DNA of 54,195 nucleotides, taken from the NCBI GenBank assembly GCA_030840585.1, contig JAVEEG010000254.1:1-54195 (forward strand), given 5' to 3'. Source of the DNA: Frankiaceae bacterium. GTDB taxonomy: Bacteria; Actinomycetota; Actinomycetes; JAFAQI01. Positions within the stretch are counted from its first letter, which is position 1. The number at the start of each line of letters is the position of its first letter. Below the pieces are notes generated by a model that made no database searches, was not told the origin of the DNA, and saw only the letters and a list, made by a program, of their open reading frames with translations. The position numbers and the translations under genes are program-made. Below are positions 26,798 through 33,702 of this stretch, in pieces.

Positions 26798-27511
26798 CTA
26801 GCCCACCAGCTCCGGCACCCGCCGTACCGCGTCCGCCGCGATCCGGCCGTCGCACATCGAGAGCAACCGCGGCACCCGTTGCCCGATCGTCGGGTCGTGC
26901 GTGACGAGCACGATCGTCTGCCCGTCTTCCTCGTTCAGCTGGACGAGCAGATCCATCACCTGCACGGCCATCATCGAGTCGAGGTTGCCGGTGGGCTCGT
27001 CGGCCCACACGATCGCGGGCTTGCCGACGAGCGCCCGCGCGATCGTGACCCGCTGCTGCTCACCACCCGACATCTCGTTCGGATGGTGGTCGACGCGATG
27101 TCCGAGCCCTACGCGGTCGAGCATCGCCACGGCGCGGGCCCGCGCCTCGGCTGGCCGGACACCGGTGAGCAGCAGCGGGAGCTCGACGTTCTCCGCCGCG
27201 GAGAACACCGGGATCAGATTGAACGCCTGGAACACGAAGCCCATCGTGTGCGCGCGATGCTCGGTGCGGTCGGCATCGGACATCGCGAACAAGTCCCGTC
27301 CGTCGATGAGCACCCGACCGCCGTCGATGTCGTCGAGACCGGACAGGCAGTTGAGCCGCGTCGTCTTTCCGGATCCGGACGGACCCAAGACACCGACGAG
27401 TTCGCCGCGATGGACCTCGAGGTCGAGGGCATGTAACGCCTCCACCTCCCCCGCACCGGTGCGATACACCTTCCGGACCTGCTCGGCGACGAGAAGCGGG
27501 CTGCCGTCCAT
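26798..27511 (-). CDS. ABC transporter ATP-binding protein (MacB/LolD-like)
   Basis: ATG 27511 follows GGAGG. Walker A is 'GPSGSGKTT', the signature is 'MSGGEQQRV', and Walker B is 'IVWADEPTGNLD'. Confidence 0.9.
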   Translation of the reverse strand: MDGSPLLVAEQVRKVYRTGAGEVEALHALDLEVHRGELVGVLGPSGSGKTTRLNCLSGLDDIDGGRVLIDGRDLFAMSDADRTEHRAHTMGFVFQAFNLIPVFSAAENVELPLLLTGVRPAEARARAVAMLDRVGLGHRVDHHPNEMSGGEQQRVTIARALVGKPAIVWADEPTGNLDSMMAVQVMDLLVQLNEEDGQTIVLVTHDPTIGQRVPRLLSMCDGRIAADAVRRVPELVG

Positions 27512-27666
27512 GTCAGACCTCCTGCACCTCGCCACGCTCGTCGCCGTACGTGCGCCGCGCCAGGGTCGGAAGGCTCAATTTCCTTTGGTACGGCGGCCAT
27601 CACGCTTACCGGTGAGCCGATCGGGCACAGGTGCTCACAACCGCAACTTGACCAAGGAGCTGCTCC

Positions 27667-28065
27667 GTGCGTGCGTACAAGTCCGTCGCCGCCGGGCTCG
27701 CGGTGGTCGTGCTGGTGGGGTGCGGTTACCTGCTGTTCGGGCCGGCTCGCGGCGCCCGCGAGGACATCAACACGCAGAAGCATCTCGTCGCGAGCCAGCT
27801 GCGCACCGTGCAGCAACAGTTGCGACTGCAGGCCCGGCAGCTCCAGGTCGCCGAGCAGCAGTTGGCGGTCGCGCGCGAGACGCAACGGATCGCAGCCGAG
27901 ACACTCGCGGTCGTCCGGCGCACCGATGCGAAAGCAACGGTGCTTGTCGAGCTCGGTCAGCGGCTCGCCGCGCTGGCCGCGACGATCGAACACCTCGCCG
28001 AGCAGACGGAGCGGCACGCAGCGAGCATCGACCGGAAGACGGGACCACCGCCGCCCGCGCCGTAA
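27667..28065 (+). CDS. coiled-coil lipoprotein
   Basis: GTG follows AAGGAG. Lipobox 'LVGC' is present. Q/L/R-rich heptad-like repeats are followed by a C-terminal PPPAP. Confidence 0.6.
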   Translation: MRAYKSVAAGLAVVVLVGCGYLLFGPARGAREDINTQKHLVASQLRTVQQQLRLQARQLQVAEQQLAVARETQRIAAETLAVVRRTDAKATVLVELGQRLAALAATIEHLAEQTERHAASIDRKTGPPPPAP

Positions 28066-28076
28066 CGCGCGAACTC

Positions 28077-29837
28077 TCAGTCGGAGTTGGGCAGGCCCCA
28101 CTGGCAGTGCACGTGATTGCCGTGACCGCCGTACGGGTCGTACGCCGGGTCGTACACGACACTCGCGCCGTTGCTCCGGCACACCGACGCGACGAGCGAG
28201 TAGTTGCCACCACCGCTGACGCTGACCCCGTTGACGACAGTGATGTCGACCGCTTCGCCGCGGTAGTGCGACGAGCCGGGCGCGTGGCTGCCGCCGGCGA
28301 TCTCGCTGACCATGACCCGCGCGTTGCTGCCGAGCGCGCGCAGCGCGCGCAGGACCCGGATGTCGACCGGCGTGCTGCCACCCGGCGCGTTCTGGTACGC
28401 CGACCGCGGCGCCGAATGACCGGCGGCCAGCGCCTGCACGTCGCCCTTCGCGGTGGCGTTGTCACTGACCCCGCTTTCGTGCGCGGTCGCCAGCGAGATC
28501 CGGGTGCTGTGCAAGATGTCGTTGGCGACGCTCGCGACCGTTTCCAGCGAGGTGCTCTGTCGCCAGGTCCGCCCCCAACCGGCGGAGTACGACGCGTCGC
28601 CCGGTACGACGACCCGCAGGCTCGCGACCGCGGCGGTGGTCGGCTTCCAGGACACGCGGTACGACGTCCGCGTCGTCATGCGACCGGCCGCGACGACGGT
28701 CCACCGGGTGCCGATCAGTCTCATCAGGTTGACCCGCGCGCCGATGGCGCGACCGGGCGACACCGCCCCGGTGGTGACGACGTACTGGCCGAGGCGGATG
28801 GCCCGAGCCGACGACTCCGTGACCTTGCGGGCCACCCGAACCGTCGCGACCGACGTTGTCACGCCCGCGATGGCGTCGGCGGGATGCCGTACCACCAACG
28901 TGGCGGTGGCCGGGAGCTTCGTGGTCAGCGCAACCCGGCCGGTGCTCCCCGTCGTACCGGCAGCCGCGGTATGGAATGCGCCGGTGCCGACCCGGTAGAG
29001 CAGGACGACGCGGCGGGCCGGCAGCGCCCGGCCGAGTGTGTCGGTGAGCCGGGCCGTGACGTGCGTCGCGGCGCCGTAGGTCACCACCCGGACCGGCCAG
29101 GCGGCGACGGTCAGTCGGGCCGGCCGGCGCGGGGTGACCGCGGCGGTCGCGACGGCGGGTCCGGAGCCGGCGGCGTTGACCGCGGCGACGGAGAAGGTCG
29201 TCGTAACCCCGTTGACCAACCCACCGACGGACGCGAGGACCGCGCCGGCGGGGACGGTGACGGTCCGGCCCGACGGGTGGGCGGTGACGACGTAGTGCTG
29301 CACGGTGGCGCCGCCGTCCGAAGCCGGCGGCTGCCAGGACACGTTCGCGATGTGGTCCGCGGCGGCAACCCCGGTCAGGGTGACGGCCGTGGGAACGGTG
29401 CGCGGGGCACCGTCGGCGGTGGCCGCCGGACCAGTGCCGGCGGGGTTCGTGGCCGAGACAGTCACGGTGTAGTCGACGCCGTTGGTGAGCCCGGAGACCC
29501 GCGCGACTGTGGTCGCGGCGTCGGTCGCCATCGTCACCGGGACGGTCCCGTTCGCCGGATCGGCCGGCACGACTGCCATGTCGTACCCGGTGATCGCGCT
29601 GCCACCGTCGACCGCCGGCGGCGTCCAGCTGATCGCCAGGCCTCCCGGTTCGGCCTCGACGGTCACCGACGCGGGCGCGAGCGGCGCGCTGATCGGGTCC
29701 GGCACGTCGGCGTACGCCGAGGCCGGTGCGACCGCCGCGGCGACGACGGCCCCGACCAGAACGGTCGGCACCGCCCACAGCAGGCGGGTGCGGACGGGTC
29801 GCGGGCGGGGCAAGGCAGGCGACGTCCCAAAGGGCAC
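28077..29837 (-). CDS. secreted FN3-FN3-Ig-like protein with a C-terminal LAS/M15-type zinc peptidase (D-Ala-D-Ala carboxypeptidase-like) domain
   Basis: This is the lower third of the 1502-aa track ORF. GTG 29837 follows GGAG. A signal peptide (...LLWAVPTVLVGAVVAAAVAPASAYA) is present. Two 'W.PP..DGGS.ITGY / ATVQHY' FN3 units follow. The zinc motifs are 'SSHYRGEAVDI' and 'GNHVHCQW' (SxHxxGxAxD and HxH). Confidence 0.8.
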   Translation of the reverse strand: MPFGTSPALPRPRPVRTRLLWAVPTVLVGAVVAAAVAPASAYADVPDPISAPLAPASVTVEAEPGGLAISWTPPAVDGGSAITGYDMAVVPADPANGTVPVTMATDAATTVARVSGLTNGVDYTVTVSATNPAGTGPAATADGAPRTVPTAVTLTGVAAADHIANVSWQPPASDGGATVQHYVVTAHPSGRTVTVPAGAVLASVGGLVNGVTTTFSVAAVNAAGSGPAVATAAVTPRRPARLTVAAWPVRVVTYGAATHVTARLTDTLGRALPARRVVLLYRVGTGAFHTAAAGTTGSTGRVALTTKLPATATLVVRHPADAIAGVTTSVATVRVARKVTESSARAIRLGQYVVTTGAVSPGRAIGARVNLMRLIGTRWTVVAAGRMTTRTSYRVSWKPTTAAVASLRVVVPGDASYSAGWGRTWRQSTSLETVASVANDILHSTRISLATAHESGVSDNATAKGDVQALAAGHSAPRSAYQNAPGGSTPVDIRVLRALRALGSNARVMVSEIAGGSHAPGSSHYRGEAVDITVVNGVSVSGGGNYSLVASVCRSNGASVVYDPAYDPYGGHGNHVHCQWGLPNSD

Positions 29838-29850
29838 GAGGTAACTCCAG

Positions 29851-29880
29851 GAAAGGTTGGGTGGCGGAAAGGTTGGGTGG
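29851..29880. repeat. tandem direct repeat (gaaaggttgggtgg x2) just upstream of the M15 peptidase RBS
   Basis: Copies at 29851-29864 and 29867-29880 are identical 14-mers separated by 'cg'. On the coding (-) strand they read CCACCCAACCTTTC twice, ending 5 nt before the GGAG of the RBS. Confidence 0.6.
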
Positions 29881-30065
29881 GTTGTCGTTAACCCTGTCCC
29901 AATGTCCGGTTCGGGGTCGATAGTCCGATGTGCCCATTTACCCCGGCACCCGCAACGGGGGGTGCTGGCACACGTGGACGCGAACGCCGTGGACCGTCTA
30001 GTCCTCTTAGTTGGCTTACGACGTTTCCGCTGCGGCGAGTCTCGACCAGGCCGCATCGTTGAGCC

Positions 30066-30296
30066 GTGCCCGCGTGTGATGGCTGCCTCGGCGACACCTC
30101 GTGCTGGGTGTGCCTGGGCACCGGCGTGGTCGACGCGGCCGACGGCCCGACCCCGTGCCGCCGTTGTTACGGCTCCGGGCGCTGCTCGCTCTGCCAGGAG
30201 ATCGCGCTCGTCGAGATCGAGGAACCGCCGCTGTTCCGGCTCTGGCCGCCGGCCATCGGCCGCCGCCGGACCAGAACGCAGCCGCCGGCTCACTGA
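30066..30296 (+). CDS. small cysteine-rich protein with DnaJ-type CxxCxGxG zinc-finger repeats
   Basis: 76 aa. It has four CxxC units (CDGCLGD, CWVCLGTG, CRRCYGSG, CSLC). GC3 is clearly higher than in the overlapping frame. The GTG start has no obvious SD. Confidence 0.45.
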   Translation: MPACDGCLGDTSCWVCLGTGVVDAADGPTPCRRCYGSGRCSLCQEIALVEIEEPPLFRLWPPAIGRRRTRTQPPAH

Positions 30297-30446
30297 CGGG
30301 CGCCACCTTGGCCGGGAGGCGGCACTCGGGCCGGGCTGATCCCCTAACTCGGCCGACACATTCCGGCGCCCCACTAGCGAATCGTGCGTTCGCGGACAGC
30401 GCGTGCGACTTGACCGCACTACGGTCGCGATCAAGGAGGTCTCGCC

Positions 30447-33400
30447 ATGGTCAGCATCAAGATCCCGTCCGAGCCTTTGGTTCGTGGCGGGACTGTCACC
30501 TTCACGGCTAAGGCGGATGCAGACGAAACGCTGACCTGGACGGCCGGACCGCCGGGCGCTGCGACGATCGATGCCAACACGGGCGACCTCACCGTCGAGG
30601 ATCGGCCCGCGGCGCCGTACGTCACGGTCGAGGTGCACGCCAAGAAGCCCGACGGCAAACCCTCGGGGACTGACTCGGCCAAGGTCGGCATCACTCTCGA
30701 GTGGCCGGAGGACTGGCCGTATCTCTCCGACGGGGGATTGCCATGGTTCAGCGACTCGGCGAGCAAGGGCGCGATTCCATGGGCGGACGGCGGTAACGAG
30801 GCAAAGGCCGACCGGCTGCGAATCATCCTCTGGGACCTGGTCGACCAACTCCCGCAAGGAGTACGTGACGCACTCGGGCCGGTCCCGTTCGTGCGTGTCA
30901 CGTGGGTGAACGACAACCGGGGGGGCATCGCGATCGCGCTGCCTAGCGGGGGCGCCGTCGCCGTCAACGACACCTGCTTCACCGCACTCACGGCGGACAG
31001 CCCGAAAATCGAGCCGGCCGACGAGAACATCGTCGGCCTTCTCGCACACGAGCTCGGGCACATGGTCATGTCCGGGCTGCTCGGACCGGCAGTGTGGTTC
31101 AAAGCGTTGGCGAGCCTCACCGTGGCGATCCTCGAAGTAGTCGGCGCGGCGTTCGGCGAGTACGAGGCGATCATGCACGGCGTGCTGGTCGTGCCGCCCT
31201 TCCCCAAGATCGCCGAGATTGTTCTGCGGACGAGCATCTGGGGCTGGGGCGACGAGATGTCGGATTACGCCAGCAAGGGCGGATGGCAGGTGCCCAGCCT
31301 CGTCGGATTCGACGTCCCGTTGCTCAACCTGCTCTTCCCCTGGCTGGCCGCGGAAGCGCCGAACGGACTTACCGCGTGGGCCAGTCTCAACCCCAAGCAG
31401 CCGGGACTTCCGATCCCGCTGACGAACACCACGTTCGACGCGGCGACTGTGCTCGCGCTCAATCCGGCAGATCCCAACTATGCGACCAACCTCGGCAAGG
31501 CCGGCGTGCCGACGCCGTACGCCGCGACGAACCCGCACGAGGACTTCGCCGAAACGTTCGCGCGGCTGTTGCTCGGCGCGAAGTACCACGGAACGAACGC
31601 GGTCGAGCCGAGCAAGGATCGGCGCGACTACTTCATCCGCAAGGGCCTGCTGGTCGACCACCCGGGCACACCGACCTTCATCCAGGGCGCGCACGTCGCG
31701 GGCACCCTTGTGCCCGACTCGGCCGCGCCGCCGAGCTGGCGTCTCGCCGCGCGGGCCAAGCCGAAACCGAAACAGGCCCGGCACGTCATGGCGGCGGCCG
31801 AGTTCGACCCGGACAAGTTCGACGAGGCTCTGCTCAAGTGGTACGACGGGCCGGAACGGCGGATCGAGGACGCCCGCGCCATCCTCGCCAAGCTGCCGCG
31901 CCCGCCGGCCGAAGCAGCGCCGCTGCCGTTCCTCGCCGCGGCCGAGATGCACGGAGACGGCCTCGCCCGCTACCGCGGCGTGGAGCATCCGCTCGATCCG
32001 GGCGCGTTGCTCACGTCGGACGACCAGCGGGTCTGGCTCGCGACCCGCGTCGACGAGCAGCGCCGGGTCACCACCGTCATCGGTGACCCGGGAGGCGAGA
32101 CGCTGCCGGCCGGCGGCAATCTCCCGCAGACCGACCGCGACGCGCTCGTCCTGCATTGGCAACCGGACGCGACCCCGCGCGACTGGGCGGCGGGTGGCCA
32201 GCCGTTGTCGCCCAACTACGCGGATGTCGACGCCGCGCTCGCGCAGCTCGTGCCGCTGTGGGGCCGGACGGACACCGACAACTTCTTCGTCGCGGCGCTG
32301 CACGCGAGTGGCCTGGCGGACGCGGACAAGGACACTGGCCTGCCGAAGGAGCCGTGCGGACGCGACGTGCTGGCCTACTGCGAGACGCACGGCGACGGGC
32401 TGGTCCGTTACGAGCCGGGCGTCGGTGTCGCCGTCGGTGACTTCGCCCTCCTGTACGGCGGCACCGCGTGGGGCGTCGTCACCCGGGTGACTCCGGACGG
32501 CACTCCGGTCGACGTGCTCGTCGGTGACCCCACACATATTCCAGGGCTGGTCGGCGAGGAGCCGGACGCGGTCAAGCTGCGGCACGGGTTGGACCTCACG
32601 GCGCTACCCGTGTACGCCGCCGACAGCGACGACGTTCTTCGTCGGCGCGCACTCAACGCCACCCATCCGCTGGACGTCGACCACATCTGGCGGCCAGCAG
32701 CGACGACCCGCCGTTACGTCACCGAGGAGGCCCCCGTGTCCGACGCGTTCGAGAACCTCAACCTGGCTCTCAACCATCTCGTCAGTCACGTCGGGCTCGA
32801 CTACTTGGAGCGCCAGGGCGAGACCACGCAGACCGGCAACACCGACATGGTCTGGGCCTCGGTCGGGTTGCTGCTCGAACGCGGTGCGACGGCGGACGCG
32901 CGAAAGCGGTTGCGCGGTTTCCACGGCTCGGAGCGGGAGGTTAGGGACTCCCGATTCTTCTACGGCACATTGTCGTCGGGCGGGCCGGTGCAACCCGGCG
33001 ACGTCATCGGCTGGCGCACCAAGGGGGGGACCGCCGAAGGCGTCGTACTCACGGTCGACGGCGGCGAGGCGACGCGGGTTTTCACCCAGGGCAAGCAGTT
33101 CGTCGTACGCGACGATCGGGTGCCGGCCGAGTCGGTGGTCTGGGCCTGGACGCCGTCGGCGACGCCGCGTGAACTCGTCGACGATCCGGCGATCGCGGCG
33201 TTCTACGGAGATCCGTCGGCGCTGGAGCGGCTCGTCAATCTGCGCAGCACCGCGGCCATCCCTTACGAGGACCACAACTACGGCGGCGAGTCGTACACGT
33301 GCTTCTACACCAAGCCCGATGGATTCGTCCGGCTGCTGTCGCTCAACGCCCCGGACGACGTCCGCAAGGCGCTGTGGGCAGATACGGACACAGAGTTCGC

Positions 33401-33656
33401 CGGCCTGCGTGCGGCGCTCGACCACTTCGGTGCAGGGGTGCAGCCGTATCAGCCCGGTACGGCGGTTCCGCACGGCGCGTGGCTACTCGGAAAATCGACG
33501 ATCCGGGTGGTCTTGCTGACCACGCCGAAGGGTGAGCCGGCGCTGGTGCTCACGCCGGGCGTTGAGGCGCTGGCTGACCCGGGGATCTGGATCGATGAAC
33601 CACCGGCGCACGGCTTGACCGAGATGTGGGTGCCCTCGGTCAAGCCGCGCAAGTAG
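30447..33656 (+). CDS. large leaderless zincin-like metallopeptidase-domain protein with an N-terminal Ig-like (Big_2-like) segment and four C-terminal repeats
   Basis: ATG follows CAAGGAGG. 'GGTVTFTAKAD...TIDANTGDLTV' is Ig-like. 'LLAHELGHMV' encodes HExxH at 31047-31061. 'NPHEDFAETFA' (31536-31559) is a candidate third zinc ligand. Four repeats carry the signature 'HGDGL.RY.PG...G.V..V'. Confidence 0.8.
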   Translation: MVSIKIPSEPLVRGGTVTFTAKADADETLTWTAGPPGAATIDANTGDLTVEDRPAAPYVTVEVHAKKPDGKPSGTDSAKVGITLEWPEDWPYLSDGGLPWFSDSASKGAIPWADGGNEAKADRLRIILWDLVDQLPQGVRDALGPVPFVRVTWVNDNRGGIAIALPSGGAVAVNDTCFTALTADSPKIEPADENIVGLLAHELGHMVMSGLLGPAVWFKALASLTVAILEVVGAAFGEYEAIMHGVLVVPPFPKIAEIVLRTSIWGWGDEMSDYASKGGWQVPSLVGFDVPLLNLLFPWLAAEAPNGLTAWASLNPKQPGLPIPLTNTTFDAATVLALNPADPNYATNLGKAGVPTPYAATNPHEDFAETFARLLLGAKYHGTNAVEPSKDRRDYFIRKGLLVDHPGTPTFIQGAHVAGTLVPDSAAPPSWRLAARAKPKPKQARHVMAAAEFDPDKFDEALLKWYDGPERRIEDARAILAKLPRPPAEAAPLPFLAAAEMHGDGLARYRGVEHPLDPGALLTSDDQRVWLATRVDEQRRVTTVIGDPGGETLPAGGNLPQTDRDALVLHWQPDATPRDWAAGGQPLSPNYADVDAALAQLVPLWGRTDTDNFFVAALHASGLADADKDTGLPKEPCGRDVLAYCETHGDGLVRYEPGVGVAVGDFALLYGGTAWGVVTRVTPDGTPVDVLVGDPTHIPGLVGEEPDAVKLRHGLDLTALPVYAADSDDVLRRRALNATHPLDVDHIWRPAATTRRYVTEEAPVSDAFENLNLALNHLVSHVGLDYLERQGETTQTGNTDMVWASVGLLLERGATADARKRLRGFHGSEREVRDSRFFYGTLSSGGPVQPGDVIGWRTKGGTAEGVVLTVDGGEATRVFTQGKQFVVRDDRVPAESVVWAWTPSATPRELVDDPAIAAFYGDPSALERLVNLRSTAAIPYEDHNYGGESYTCFYTKPDGFVRLLSLNAPDDVRKALWADTDTEFAGLRAALDHFGAGVQPYQPGTAVPHGAWLLGKSTIRVVLLTTPKGEPALVLTPGVEALADPGIWIDEPPAHGLTEMWVPSVKPRK

Positions 33657-33702
33657 CGACAGGCGCCTGGTCCGACACCGGCTGCGACGGGCGCGGGTCC
33701 TC

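Noticed and set aside
27512-28065. The coiled-coil lipoprotein as a periplasmic adaptor of the MacB-type ABC exporter
   Set aside because: It is transcribed divergently from the transporter, is only 132 aa, and lacks the barrel-sandwich/lipoyl motifs of HlyD-type adaptors. The association cannot be supported from sequence alone.
26901-29891. 996-aa plus-strand ORF
   Set aside because: It overlaps the ABC ATPase gene and the M15 peptidase gene on the opposite strand and runs out of frame through the 27667..28065 lipoprotein gene on its own strand. The translation is extremely Arg/Gly/Pro-rich with no motifs. It is a shadow ORF.
29838-32585. Upper two thirds of the 1502-aa minus-strand ORF 28077..32585
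   Set aside because: Only 28077..29837 has an RBS plus start, a signal peptide and domain motifs. Above that the translation is Arg/Asp/Pro-rich junk antisense to the motif-rich, SD-preceded gene 30447..33656. It is a typical GC-rich shadow ORF.
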